Below are positions 1 through 10,037 of a stretch of 64,000 nucleotides of DNA, piece after piece. The DNA is taken from assembly GCA_963845565.1 (NCBI GenBank), contig CAWJSJ010000001.1, positions 736,001-800,000 of the forward strand. The letters run 5' to 3'. Numbering within the stretch: the first letter of the stretch is position 1; each line of letters starts with the position of its first letter. Origin of the DNA: an uncultured Methylomirabilota bacterium. GTDB taxonomy: Bacteria; Methylomirabilota; Methylomirabilia; Methylomirabilales; 2-02-FULL-66-22. The position numbers were made by a program, and so were the translations under genes. Below the pieces are notes generated by a model. It searched no databases. It saw nothing but the letters and a program-made list of their open reading frames with translations, and was not told the DNA's origin.

Positions 1-2
1 CT

Positions 3-329
3 TGTGAGGTCGGTCAAACGATAGTTATCCGTTTCTTCGCAAGCATCCGAAATGTGACGGGTGTGAAGGAGATCGAGTGGGACGAGCCGACGCCCACGCT
101 GGGCGAATTGCTCCGTCTGCTTTCGAATCAGTACGGCCCTGAGTTTCGGCGGTGGGTGCTCGATGGTGGGAACCTGAGTGGCGCGGTCATGGTGGTGATC
201 AACGGCGACGATGCGCGGCACCAGGCGGGGCTGTCAACACCTCTCCACCCGGAGGACGTCGTGTCAATCCTGCCCATGATGGCCGGGGGGTCTGGTGTAG
301 GGCGGGGAGGGGACCATGGCGCCGTTTGA
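3..329 (+). CDS. MoaD/ThiS-family ubiquitin-like sulfur carrier; 5' end probably just outside the window
   Basis: The frame is open from base 3 (..TIVIRFFASIRNVTG..). Internal VINGDD..LHPEDVVSILPMMAGG matches the beta-grasp MoaD pattern. GG is followed by a 12-aa tail. Confidence 0.8.
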   Translation, partial: CEVGQTIVIRFFASIRNVTGVKEIEWDEPTPTLGELLRLLSNQYGPEFRRWVLDGGNLSGAVMVVINGDDARHQAGLSTPLHPEDVVSILPMMAGGSGVGRGGDHGAV

Positions 330-1443
330 CGCAGGTAAATTATACCGCCTTATGGAGGAGGCGGGCTTGCAAATGGTTCTCGCCTGTACGCGGCACAACG
401 TCCGGTACCTCACGGGAGGGTACGCGTATCATTTCCTTTCCCGCGCACCGCGATTTGGACGCAGCCAGTATCTCCCGTTCGTGGGCCTCCCCCGAGGGCG
501 CTTCGATGAGGCGTTCTATGTCGGTCGTGCGGATGAGCGCAGCCAGATCGAAACGGAAGGGCTCTGGATCTCCCACCGGATAGCCACGCCGGTCGGCACG
601 GTCAATGCGGCTGAAGGCGTGATGCAGGCGGCCCGGCAGCTCGGTATTACCGAGGGCGTTATAGGGGTGGAGATGTCCTTTCTCCCCGGGGATGCGCTCC
701 TCACGCTGCAGCGCGGTCTCCCCAAGGTGACGTTCGTGGACGCCACACCGGTCCTGGAAGAGCTCCGCGCCGTGAAGACGCCAGCCGAGGTGGCCCACCT
801 GCGGACAGTGTACGACCGTGTGGCAGAGGCGATCCAGGCCGCGTTCGCCGCCGGCAGGCCCGGAGTGACGACCGCGGCGATCGCGCGACGGGTAGAGCGG
901 GAGATGGCTCAGCGAAACGTTGCCTTCCTCTTTGCCTTCACGTGCGCCGGACCGGGGACTCTCCGGGTGCCGTCTTCTGTCCGATGGGAATCCGGGTGCG
1001 TCCTCCACATTGACGCCGGGGGAGAGGAGGGCGATTATCTGGCCGACATTTGTCGGATGGGGTGCCTTGGAGAGCCCTCAAGCCTCGCTCGGGACTTACA
1101 CGGGGCCTGCATCGAGGTGCAGGGACGGGCCCGGAAGTTGGTGCGGGCAGGTCTCCCGTGTCGGGAGCTGTTGGTTGAAGGGGAGCGCGCGGTCAGAGAG
1201 AATCGCTTCTGTTCCTATGGCAGATTCGTGGCCCACGGTATTGGCATGGTGTCCCACGAGCAGCCGGACATCTCGTCCAGTGATACGCGGCCGCTGGAGG
1301 CCGGCATGGTCCTCTCGATCGAGACGGACTTCATTCATCCGGACGTCGGCCACGTGAAGATCGAAGACGCCGTGGCCGTGACGGAAAACGGCTGCGAGGG
1401 ACTCGGCGACCTAGGCCGCGACTGGCGCATCATCCCCGTGTAA
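316..1443 (+). CDS. M24-family (Xaa-Pro/creatinase-like) metallopeptidase
   Basis: RAVKTPAE, HIDAG..YLADICR, HGIG..HEQP, SIET and KIED carry the metal-ligand pattern. Confidence 0.85.
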   Translation: MAPFDAGKLYRLMEEAGLQMVLACTRHNVRYLTGGYAYHFLSRAPRFGRSQYLPFVGLPRGRFDEAFYVGRADERSQIETEGLWISHRIATPVGTVNAAEGVMQAARQLGITEGVIGVEMSFLPGDALLTLQRGLPKVTFVDATPVLEELRAVKTPAEVAHLRTVYDRVAEAIQAAFAAGRPGVTTAAIARRVEREMAQRNVAFLFAFTCAGPGTLRVPSSVRWESGCVLHIDAGGEEGDYLADICRMGCLGEPSSLARDLHGACIEVQGRARKLVRAGLPCRELLVEGERAVRENRFCSYGRFVAHGIGMVSHEQPDISSSDTRPLEAGMVLSIETDFIHPDVGHVKIEDAVAVTENGCEGLGDLGRDWRIIPV

Positions 1444-1653
1444 GGAAATCCTGCCCCGTCTCCCTTCCCCAGAACCCCAACGGGTGAACCCCGTGTGCGT
1501 CTTGGGCTTCTTGTGGCGGCACGCCTCGGCTGATCCGCGTCATGCGACTCGGAATTCGCTGTGCCTTGCCCGCAAATACTGCTTGACCGGTGACGTGACG
1601 TGCCTTAGCTTCCTCGTGCTTCGTAGCTCCTCCAATGATACGGTGCGATAGGC

Positions 1654-3291
1654 ATGACCGGATACAAGCGCAACATCATTCTCGGCGGTTTCATGGCGAC
1701 GGGGAAATCCTCCGTGGGGAGACGCCTGGCCATCGTGCTGGGGTATGACTTCCTCGACCTGGATACGCTGATCGCGGCGGAAACCGGCATGCCGATCTCT
1801 CAGATCTTCGCCACCCAAGGAGAAGCCGCGTTCCGGACGCTCGAAACCCGCATGGTGGAGCGGGTCGCGGGTCGAACGGGTTGCGTCGTGGCCACCGGGG
1901 GCGGCACGATCGTGAATCCGCGTAACCTGGTGGCGCTGAAACGAAGCGGGGTTGTCGTCGCGTTGACGGCGGATCCCGACACGATCCTGGCGCGGATCGG
2001 ACCGACGGAGGATCGGCCGATGCTCTGGGGGGCGGACAAGCGGGAACGGGTCCGGCTGCTCTTGGAACAGCGAGCCGACGCGTACGCCAAAGCCGATCTG
2101 ATCGTGGATGCCTCGGCCCACACCATCGATCACGTGGTGAATCATATCCTGGACTTCTTGACCCTGCATCACGTGATCGCACAACGGACAACCGTCAACC
2201 TTCCATCCATGGCCGAGAGCTTCCGCATCGCACTCGGACCGCGGTCCCACGAGGTGATCATCGGCCCCGGATTACTGGGCGAAGTCGGGAGACTGGTCAA
2301 GGACTTGGGTCTGGCTCGCACCGGGATCTTGTTGACCAATCCCGACGATAATCGGTTGTTTGGCGAGCGTGTGGCTCGGTCTCTCGCGGATGCCGGCTTC
2401 AGCGTCAGATGCGTCGAGCTCGCGGAGCGGGAAGACGCCAAAGGACTCGAGACGCTCGGCTCGCTGTATCGGCAGATGGCGGCGCAGCGACTGGAGCGGC
2501 GGTCGCCGGTTTTCGCGCTGGGCGGCGTGGTGACCGGAGAGATTGCCGGGTTCGCCGCCGCCACGTATCTGCGAGGCCTTCCGCTCATCCAGATCCCTAC
2601 CTCGCCCATCGCGCAAGTGGATACCAGCATTGGCGGCAAGGTCGCCGTGAATCTTCCCGAGGGGAAGAATCTGGTCGGCGCCTTCTACCAGCCGCGCCAG
2701 GTGATCACCGACGTTGAGGCCTTGGCCTCTCTCCCGATCCGGGACTTCCGTGCCGGGTTGGCAGAGGTGGTGAAGATCGCGGCGATCCGCGACCGGGACC
2801 TTTTCGAATACCTCGAGAAGAACGTTGAAGAAGTGCTATCGCAGGACCTGCGAGCGTTGGTCCGTTTCGTGCGGCGCGCCTGCGAGATCAAGGCCTCGAT
2901 CGTGGAAGCGGACGAGTGGGAGACCGATGTCCGATCGATCCTCAATTTCGGCCATACGGTCGGGCACGCGGTGGAGGCAGCGACGGGATACCGCGGGCCG
3001 AACCATGGTGAGGCCGTGGCCATGGGAATGGTGGTCGCCGCCACCATCGCCGTCCGACGGAAGATATGCCCCGCCGACGCGCTGGATCGCCTGAAAAACC
3101 TACTGCAGGCGTTCGGTCTCCCTACCGGTCTCCTGGTCGATGCCGCGGATGTTCTTCGCTTCGTGCGATATGACAAGAAGATCCAGGACCGTCAGCTCCG
3201 GTTTGTCTTACTTCAGGGCATCGGGGAGTCGGTGGTCACGTCGCTCGAATCGCCAGACGAGCTGGAGGAGGCGCTGAAGGCATGCGCCTGA
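1654..3291 (+). CDS. aroKB: Shikimate kinase / 3-dehydroquinate synthase-like fusion
   Basis: N-terminal GFMATGKS, DLD, GEAAFR, TGGG and RPML (AroK). C-terminal GKNLVGAFYQP, AEVVK, LNFGHTVGHAVE, HGEAV and DKK (AroB). Confidence 0.9.
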   Translation: MTGYKRNIILGGFMATGKSSVGRRLAIVLGYDFLDLDTLIAAETGMPISQIFATQGEAAFRTLETRMVERVAGRTGCVVATGGGTIVNPRNLVALKRSGVVVALTADPDTILARIGPTEDRPMLWGADKRERVRLLLEQRADAYAKADLIVDASAHTIDHVVNHILDFLTLHHVIAQRTTVNLPSMAESFRIALGPRSHEVIIGPGLLGEVGRLVKDLGLARTGILLTNPDDNRLFGERVARSLADAGFSVRCVELAEREDAKGLETLGSLYRQMAAQRLERRSPVFALGGVVTGEIAGFAAATYLRGLPLIQIPTSPIAQVDTSIGGKVAVNLPEGKNLVGAFYQPRQVITDVEALASLPIRDFRAGLAEVVKIAAIRDRDLFEYLEKNVEEVLSQDLRALVRFVRRACEIKASIVEADEWETDVRSILNFGHTVGHAVEAATGYRGPNHGEAVAMGMVVAATIAVRRKICPADALDRLKNLLQAFGLPTGLLVDAADVLRFVRYDKKIQDRQLRFVLLQGIGESVVTSLESPDELEEALKACA

Positions 3292-3348
3292 CCCGATAGG
3301 ATGGCTGCAAGAGACAGTGGACGCTAGTCAGGAGGCGAACTGATCCCT

Positions 3349-4443
3349 ATGGATGCGGTGCGCGTGAACCTCAAAGGTCGAGGATACGAAATCCTTGTGG
3401 GGCCGGACCTGCTTCGCCAGTCCGGCGACATGATCCGGCCGCTGGCGCTCGGGCGACACCTCGCGCTCGTCACGCACCCGGTTTTGGCGGAAACCCACGG
3501 GTACGCCCCGGCGCTGGCCGCCTCGCTGCGGGAGGTTGGCCACGAGGTGAGCCTCGTCACGGTCCCCCCCGGCGAGGAGAGCAAATCCTTGGATCAGGCG
3601 GCTCGCCTGTGTCGGGAGTTGGTGCGTGTCGGGCTGGACCGCGGCTCCGCTATTCTCGCGCTCGGTGGCGGAGTGATCGGAGACCTCGCCGGGTTCGTTG
3701 CCGCCACACTTTTTCGGGGCATTTCGTTCATCAATCTCCCAACCACGCTCCTGGCGCAGGTGGACAGCAGCATCGGGGGAAAGACAGGCGTAAACCTCCC
3801 CGAGGGAAAGAACTTGGTCGGCACGTTCTATCAGCCGCGATTGGTCCTGGCAGACGTGCTGACGTTGAAAACGCTCCCGCCGCGGGAGTTTCGTTCGGGA
3901 TTGGCGGAAGTCGTCAAGCACGCCATGATCGCGGATGCGGAGCTTTTCGGCACGCTGGAGCGAGATACCGATCGGGTACTGGCTCGGAATGCGGAGGTCC
4001 TTCAAGGCATCGTGGCGAAGAACTGCGCCATCAAGGCTCGGATCGTGGAGCAGGACGAGCGCGAGACGGGAGTCCGCGCGGTCCTGAATTTCGGGCATAC
4101 CGTCGGCCATGCGGTCGAGGCGGCACTCGGCTATGGGGTGGTCACGCACGGCGAAGCGGTGGCGTACGGGATGCTGGTCGCAACGGCGCTCTCGGTCCGG
4201 CGGGGTCTGTGCACGCGCTCGGATGCCGCTCGGCTGGCAGCGCTCCTGCGCCGGTTCGCCCTCGTCCCGGCTGCGCCGCCGTCGCCGGAACTCCTTGAAA
4301 AATATATGGTTAGAGACAAGAAGACGCGCGACGGGGTGCTGCAATTCGTGTTGACACCTGGAGTGGGAAATGTTACCGTCGCGCCGGTTTCCGACCGGAA
4401 CGATCTCCGGGAAGCCCTCCATAACTGGCAGGCGTACGTCTAG
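3349..4443 (+). CDS. aroB: 3-dehydroquinate synthase
   Basis: Canonical GGGVIGDLAGF, PTTLLAQVDSSIGGKTGVN, LNFGHT and HGEAV motifs. Confidence 0.95.
   Translation: MDAVRVNLKGRGYEILVGPDLLRQSGDMIRPLALGRHLALVTHPVLAETHGYAPALAASLREVGHEVSLVTVPPGEESKSLDQAARLCRELVRVGLDRGSAILALGGGVIGDLAGFVAATLFRGISFINLPTTLLAQVDSSIGGKTGVNLPEGKNLVGTFYQPRLVLADVLTLKTLPPREFRSGLAEVVKHAMIADAELFGTLERDTDRVLARNAEVLQGIVAKNCAIKARIVEQDERETGVRAVLNFGHTVGHAVEAALGYGVVTHGEAVAYGMLVATALSVRRGLCTRSDAARLAALLRRFALVPAAPPSPELLEKYMVRDKKTRDGVLQFVLTPGVGNVTVAPVSDRNDLREALHNWQAYV
4351..4379 (+). promoter_or_regulatory. Putative sigma70 promoter inside the aroB 3' end, for the TPR-efp-acc genes
   Basis: TTGACA-17 bp-TACCGT with an extended-10 TG. 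Confidence 0.45.
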
Positions 4444-4570
4444 GTTCCGCGAACACAGAAGACAGGCGATTCGAGACTCCGCGCCGGAGAGTGCGGGCGC
4501 CCGGATCCCCTCGGTGGTGTTTTTCGCGAACGGCGCACGGATGAGCCTCGAACGCCTGTAGGAGTCTGTC

Positions 4571-5245
4571 GTGATCCCGAATGGAGATGCGCGTCCGGCG
4601 GTGGATCCGAGCGAGTCCTCGTTCGTTCGCCTGGCCGAAGCCTACCGCCGAGAAGGACTGCTCGAAGATGCGATTCGTATCTGCCGAGAAGGGCTGACCC
4701 GGTTTCCGACCACGCTGCGCGGACGGATTCTCCTGGGGCAGATCCTACTCGAGCAGGGGGAGACCCCGGAGGCCACGGCAGAGTTCGACCGTGTGGAGCG
4801 CGAGTCTTCCGGGAATCCCGAGATCCTCGCGCTCCTCCGCGAGGCGCGCCCCCCGGTTGCCCCGCAGCGCGCCGATGATGTCGGATCGCTCGAAACGGCC
4901 GGTCCGCTCGAGGGCGCGCCCGAAACCGGGTACGCCGCGGCCCACGAGCCGGGTCTCCTCTTCCTGGATTTTCCCGAGTACGCCGGATCCCCCGGGATGC
5001 ACACGACGAATGCCCCGGTCGACCCGCTGGCGAGCTCGACCTTGGCGGCGTTGTATGCCGATCAAGGGGATCCCGTCCGGGCGGAAGCCATCCGGCGGCA
5101 GCTCGAGGCGGGGAGGCCGGGCGGAGCGCCGACAGGGGCAACGCCACGAACGGGCGAGGCGCCGGGCACGCGGTATCTTGATCGACTGCTCCGACTGCGT
5201 GACGTCGTGCAGCGGTTGCGAACGGAGTATACTCGCTCGGCGTGA
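4571..5245 (+). CDS. TPR-containing protein
   Basis: FVRLAEAYRREGLLEDAIRICREGL TPR-like helices and a C-terminal TLAALYADQG motif. Confidence 0.75.
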   Translation: MIPNGDARPAVDPSESSFVRLAEAYRREGLLEDAIRICREGLTRFPTTLRGRILLGQILLEQGETPEATAEFDRVERESSGNPEILALLREARPPVAPQRADDVGSLETAGPLEGAPETGYAAAHEPGLLFLDFPEYAGSPGMHTTNAPVDPLASSTLAALYADQGDPVRAEAIRRQLEAGRPGGAPTGATPRTGEAPGTRYLDRLLRLRDVVQRLRTEYTRSA

Positions 5246-5320
5246 CGAGTGCGCGCGGGTGGTCTTGGGGGGGGCGCCCGCATCATGTTCTCGTTCTTGC
5301 TTTGAAAGGAGTGGACGCAC

Positions 5321-5878
5321 GTGATCTCTGCCGGTGATCTACGCCCAGGAATGAAGATCGAGATGGATGGCGTTCCCTTTATCGTGACCGACTCCCAGTG
5401 GGTCAAGCCTGGCAAGGGGGGCGCCTTTAATCGCACCAAGCTGCGGAACATGCGGACGGGATCCATCGCCGAGCGGACGTTCCGCACCGAGGAAAAGGTG
5501 GATCAAGCCGTTCTGGAGGAGCGGCGGGCGCAGTTCCTGTATCGGAGCGACGACGAGTTCCACTTCATGGACACCGAGAGCTACGAGCAGTTCTTCCTCC
5601 CCGAGGGGCAGATGGGCGATGCGAGCACCTACCTGAAAGAGGAAATGGTCGTGACCATCGTCTCGCATGGCGGGAGCCCGCTGGACGTGGTCGTCCCCAC
5701 GTTCGTGGAGTTGTTGGTGGCCGAGACCGACCCGGGGCTTCGGGGCGACACGGCATCGGGCGGCTCCAAGCCGGCCACCCTCGAGACGGGCGCGGTGATC
5801 CAGGTCCCCCTCTTCATCAACGTCGGAGACCGGCTTCGCGTAGACACGCGCACGGGGAGCTACATCGAGCGCGCGTGA
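5321..5878 (+). CDS. efp: Elongation factor P
   Basis: KPGKGGAF loop, [20 protein letters not shown] and [12 protein letters not shown]. Confidence 0.97.
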   Translation: MISAGDLRPGMKIEMDGVPFIVTDSQWVKPGKGGAFNRTKLRNMRTGSIAERTFRTEEKVDQAVLEERRAQFLYRSDDEFHFMDTESYEQFFLPEGQMGDASTYLKEEMVVTIVSHGGSPLDVVVPTFVELLVAETDPGLRGDTASGGSKPATLETGAVIQVPLFINVGDRLRVDTRTGSYIERA

Positions 5879-5889
5879 CAGGAGCCCCC

Positions 5890-6339
5890 ATGGACCTGAA
5901 AGAGCTCAAAGCCCTCCTCCGACTGATGGAGGGTAACGACGTGGAAGAGCTGGAGGTGGAGGAGGGGGGCAGACGCGTGCGCATCCGCCGCCGGTCGGGC
6001 GACGTGACCCCGCCGGTCGCGGTGCGTTCCGGCCTGCCGGGACAGGCAGGCGCCAAGTTCGCTGCAGCACCGACCGGCGCCGCCGCGGATACCGCCGGTT
6101 TCACCCCCGTCGAGTCCCCCATGGTGGGCACGTTCTATCGGGCACCTGCGCCCGGCGCCGACCCGTACGTCAAGGAAGGCGACCTGATACAGAAGGGCAC
6201 GGTGGTCTGCATCGTCGAAGCGATGAAACTGATGAACGAGATCGAAAGCGACGTGGCCGGTCGCATCGTGAAGATCGTGGCCGAGAATGGCAAACCCGTG
6301 GAATTCGGCCAGGCCCTTTTCCTGGTGGAGCCGTCTTAG
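5890..6339 (+). CDS. accB: Biotin carboxyl carrier protein
   Basis: SPMVGTFY and EAMKLMNEI biotinylation motif. ATG at 5890 follows AGGAG. Confidence 0.96.
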   Translation: MDLKELKALLRLMEGNDVEELEVEEGGRRVRIRRRSGDVTPPVAVRSGLPGQAGAKFAAAPTGAAADTAGFTPVESPMVGTFYRAPAPGADPYVKEGDLIQKGTVVCIVEAMKLMNEIESDVAGRIVKIVAENGKPVEFGQALFLVEPS

Positions 6340-6401
6340 AGGTATGCGCGCACGGTTCTCTTGGTCCCCCACAACCGTGTCAATAGCCGAATAACCTTCC
6401 A

Positions 6402-7745
6402 GTGTTTTCTAAGGTATTGATTGCAAATCGCGGCGAAATTGCCGTCCGGATCATTCGGGCGTGTCAAGAGCTCGACATCCGAACGGTGGCGGTCTATTCC
6501 CAGGCCGACCGGCAGGCCCTGCACGTCGAGTTGGCGGACGAGGCCGTGTGCATCGGCGCACCGCCCGCCAGTCAGAGCTACCTGAAACTGGATCGGATTA
6601 TCAGCGCGGCCGGGATCGTAGGCGCCGACGCCATCCATCCCGGGTACGGGTTCCTGGCGGAGAATCCGCATTTCGCGGAGGTCTGCGAGCAGTGCGGGAT
6701 TGCCTTCATCGGCCCCTCGGCCGCCAGTATCCGGCTGATGGGCGACAAGGCCGCCGCCCGCCGGGCGGCCGAGGCCGAGGGCGTTCCTGTGCTCCCCGGA
6801 AGTCGGCACCCGGTCCGGGATCTCGACGAGGCCAAGCGACTCGCGCGCGAGATCGGGTTCCCGCTCATCATCAAGGCGAGCGCCGGCGGGGGCGGCAAGG
6901 GCATGCGCGTGGTGACCGGGCCCGACGACCTCGAGTCGGCTCTGGCCACGGCCGCTGCAGAAGCGGCCGCCGCCTTCGGGGACGCCGCCGTCTACCTGGA
7001 GCGCTTTCTGCCCGATCCGCGTCACGTGGAGATCCAGATCTTGATGGACGGGGAGGGAAACGGCGTCCACCTGGGCGAACGGGATTGTTCCATCCAGCGG
7101 CGACACCAGAAACTGCTGGAAGAGGCCCCCTCACCGGCGCTCAGCGAGACGCAGCGCCGGGCCATGGGAGAGTCAGCCCTGCGTATCGCCAAGGCCGCGG
7201 GGTACCGGAACGCCGGGACCGTGGAGTTCCTGCTGGACCCGCGCGGCGGGTATTTTTTCATGGAGATGAACACCCGCGTGCAGGTCGAGCATCCGGTCAC
7301 CGAGATGGTCACCGGGTTGGACATCGTCAAGGCCCAGCTCCGGATCGCCTCCGGCGAGCCGCTCGGTCTCTGCCAGGCCGATATCCGGGTCCTCGGTCAC
7401 AGCCTGGAGTGCCGGATCAACGCGGAAGATCCGGAGCGATTCCTTCCCTCCCCGGGACTCCTCACCGCGCTTCGCCTGCCGGGTGGGCCGGGTGTGCGGG
7501 TGGACACCCATGCCTATGCCGGGTACCTCGTGCCACCGTTCTATGATTCGCTGCTCGCCAAAGTGATTGCGCACGGACGGACGCGGGACGAGGCCGTGCG
7601 CTGCATGCGGCGCGCCCTGCACGAAATGCGGGTCGAGGGGGTCAAAACGACCATTCCGGTGCATCAGCGCATTCTGCAGCACCCGGACTTCCTGGCGGGG
7701 CGGACCTCGACGCAGTTCCTCACCCGGTTGCTGGCGGAACGCTGA
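6402..7745 (+). CDS. accC: Acetyl-CoA carboxylase biotin carboxylase subunit
   Basis: [29 protein letters not shown] and [10 protein letters not shown]. Confidence 0.97.
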   Translation: MFSKVLIANRGEIAVRIIRACQELDIRTVAVYSQADRQALHVELADEAVCIGAPPASQSYLKLDRIISAAGIVGADAIHPGYGFLAENPHFAEVCEQCGIAFIGPSAASIRLMGDKAAARRAAEAEGVPVLPGSRHPVRDLDEAKRLAREIGFPLIIKASAGGGGKGMRVVTGPDDLESALATAAAEAAAAFGDAAVYLERFLPDPRHVEIQILMDGEGNGVHLGERDCSIQRRHQKLLEEAPSPALSETQRRAMGESALRIAKAAGYRNAGTVEFLLDPRGGYFFMEMNTRVQVEHPVTEMVTGLDIVKAQLRIASGEPLGLCQADIRVLGHSLECRINAEDPERFLPSPGLLTALRLPGGPGVRVDTHAYAGYLVPPFYDSLLAKVIAHGRTRDEAVRCMRRALHEMRVEGVKTTIPVHQRILQHPDFLAGRTSTQFLTRLLAER

Positions 7746-8383
7746 TGCTCGGCCAGTTGCATCTCTGCGTGATCACCGATCCCACCCTGGCGCCCGGTCG
7801 AGACCACGTGGCCATCGCCGAAGCGGCGTTGGCGGGCGGGGCCGACATGATTCAACTGCGCGACAAGACGGGCACCCTGCGCGATCTGCTGCCGCAGGCG
7901 CGCGCCATCCAGGCGCGGTGTCGGGCGCACGGGGCGTTGTTTATCGTGAACGACCGAGTGGATCTCGCGCTTGCCGCGGACGCGGACGGGGCCCATGTCG
8001 GCCAAGAAGATCTTCCGGCGGCAAATGCTCGGCGGCTCCTGGGACCCCGACGACTTCTGGGTGTCTCCACCCACAGCCTCGTGCAGGCCGAAGCGGCGCA
8101 ACAGGTCGGAGCCAACTACATCGGCTTCGGCCCGATGTTTGCCACAGGCACGAAGGAAACGGGCTACACCCCGCGCGGGCTGGACGCCCTCCGCGAAATT
8201 CGCAAGGTCGTGGCGCTTCCCATCCTGGCCATCGGTGGCATCTCGCTTTCCAATGTCGCGGAAGTGATTTCAGCCGGCGCCACAGCCCCCGCGGTCATCT
8301 CGGCGGTGGTGGGGACCGCAGACATCACGGCGACGGCAGCGGCGTTTCGACAGAGAGTGGTGGCGGCCAAAGCCCGAGGCTGA
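7745..8383 (+). CDS. thiE: Thiamine-phosphate synthase
   Basis: QLRDK, NDRVDLA, HVGQED, GVSTHS, FATGTK and AIGGI. Confidence 0.93.
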   Translation: MLGQLHLCVITDPTLAPGRDHVAIAEAALAGGADMIQLRDKTGTLRDLLPQARAIQARCRAHGALFIVNDRVDLALAADADGAHVGQEDLPAANARRLLGPRRLLGVSTHSLVQAEAAQQVGANYIGFGPMFATGTKETGYTPRGLDALREIRKVVALPILAIGGISLSNVAEVISAGATAPAVISAVVGTADITATAAAFRQRVVAAKARG

Positions 8384-8615
8384 GACCGACCCTCGGACGC
8401 CGTCTGAGATGCTCATGCGATGGGCAGCGCGCCGGAACACTGCCGATCGGATACGCAGATGGCCGATGGCGTTCGGTCACTTGGAATCGCCTCGATGGCG
8501 TGGATTTCTGTGACCGACGGGGTGTTATGAATCCTACCGAGACAAGAAGGCTGGCGGCGATCCCAAGGCACGAAAAATGCTCATTTTGAAGCGGTATGTG
8601 GAACGGTCTGCGTGC

Positions 8616-8644
8616 TTGACAGGGGGCCTCAACCCACATATCAT
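8616..8644 (+). promoter_or_regulatory. Sigma70 promoter of Liv operon 1
   Basis: TTGACA-17 bp-TATCAT. Confidence 0.6.
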
Positions 8645-8759
8645 CCCATCCCTGCGCACCGGACAGACCAGCCAGGAACATTCGACGAATGGACCGTCCG
8701 CATGGAGCGGTCGGGACGCTCGTGCAACTGGGGGTATCCTCGGAAGGGAGGGACGTGTC

Positions 8760-9965
8760 ATGAGACGTACGGTGAGCCTTTGGTATGTCGGCATCGCGGT
8801 GGTGGTGATGGCGCTCGCGTTCTCGGCGCCGGCACTGGCGGGCGAGGCAAAGGGAACCATCAAGATCGCGACCCAGAGTCCGCTGTCCGGAGACCAGGCC
8901 GCCATCGGCGAAGGCATCAAGCTAGGCGCCCAGCTCGCGATCGAACAGTTGAAGGGTCCCGTCGAGAAGGCGGGGTTCAAGGTCGAGTTGGTCCCCTTCG
9001 ACGACCAGGCCAAACCGGACGTCGGAGTGGCCAACGCCAAGAACATGATCACCGACAAGGACATCCTGGCGGTGGTCGGACATTACAACTCCGGTGTGGC
9101 GATCCCGTCGTCCGAGATCTATAAGGAGGCGATGCTTGTCCAGATCTCTCCCGCCAACACCAACCCGGTCGTGACGGATCGGAACTATCCCAACGTGAAC
9201 CGGGTGTGTGGCCGTGACGACGTCCAGGGTGTAGTGGGGGCGGAGTTCGCCAAGAGCCTCGGGGTCAAGACGGCGTACGTGATCCACGACAAGACCACCT
9301 ACGGTCAGAGCATCGCCGAATTCTTCCGCGACCACGCCAAGAAGCTCGGTATCGAGGTCGTGGGGTTCGAGGGCACCGAGGAGAAGTCCAACTTCGACCC
9401 GATCCTGACCCCGGTGAAGGCAAAGAACCCGGATCTGATCTACTTCGGCGGCATCTACTCGCAGGCCGGCCCCCTCTATAAGCAGGCACGGGAGAAGGGG
9501 ATCAAGGCCAAACTGATGGGGCCGGACGGCGTCGACTCTTCCGACCTGGCGAAGATCGCAGGCGAGGCCATCGTGGGGATGCACTACACCACGGTAGCCG
9601 GCCCGGTTTCCATGTACCCCAAGTCCAAGGAGTTCGCCACGGCCTACAAGAACAAGTTCAAGAAAGACCCGGAGCCCTTCGCGGCACAGGCCTATGATTC
9701 GGCGGCGATTGCGCTCAAGGCGATCGAGGCCGCCATCAAAGGGGCCGGCGGAAAGATGCCGTCCCGTGACGCGGTGACCAAGGAAGTCCGCAAGGTCAAG
9801 TACTCGGGTCTGACGGGTAACGTCGAATTCGACGGCAAGGGCGACCCCAAGAAGGCGCTCTACTTCGTCATTCAAGTCGTGTCGGCGGATCCCGCCAAGT
9901 GGGGCGACAACAAGGAAGCCAAGCGCCTCGAGATCGCTGCCCCAGCCCTGAAGAAGACGAAGTAG
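8760..9965 (+). CDS. livK: Branched-chain amino acid ABC transporter substrate-binding protein
   Basis: Signal peptide, SPLSG, GHYNSG, RVCGRDDVQG and DKTTYG. ATG at 8760 follows GGGAGG. Confidence 0.9.
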   Translation: MRRTVSLWYVGIAVVVMALAFSAPALAGEAKGTIKIATQSPLSGDQAAIGEGIKLGAQLAIEQLKGPVEKAGFKVELVPFDDQAKPDVGVANAKNMITDKDILAVVGHYNSGVAIPSSEIYKEAMLVQISPANTNPVVTDRNYPNVNRVCGRDDVQGVVGAEFAKSLGVKTAYVIHDKTTYGQSIAEFFRDHAKKLGIEVVGFEGTEEKSNFDPILTPVKAKNPDLIYFGGIYSQAGPLYKQAREKGIKAKLMGPDGVDSSDLAKIAGEAIVGMHYTTVAGPVSMYPKSKEFATAYKNKFKKDPEPFAAQAYDSAAIALKAIEAAIKGAGGKMPSRDAVTKEVRKVKYSGLTGNVEFDGKGDPKKALYFVIQVVSADPAKWGDNKEAKRLEIAAPALKKTK

Positions 9966-9980
9966 CCGCAACGTCCTGGA

Positions 9981-10021
9981 CGAAGGGGAGGGGTCGGCCG
10001 TGGACCCCTCCCCTTCGTTTT
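9981..10021 (+). terminator. Hairpin (terminator or mRNA stabiliser) after the SBP gene
   Basis: CGAAGGGGAGGGGTC / GACCCCTCCCCTTCG 15-bp stem followed by TTTT. Confidence 0.75.
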
Positions 10022-10037
10022 CACCGCGACCATAGGC

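Noticed and set aside
8384..8615. TPP or amino-acid riboswitch between thiE and livK
   Set aside because: Only a CTGAGA word is present, without the rest of the TPP aptamer, and it lies downstream of thiE and upstream of the promoter.
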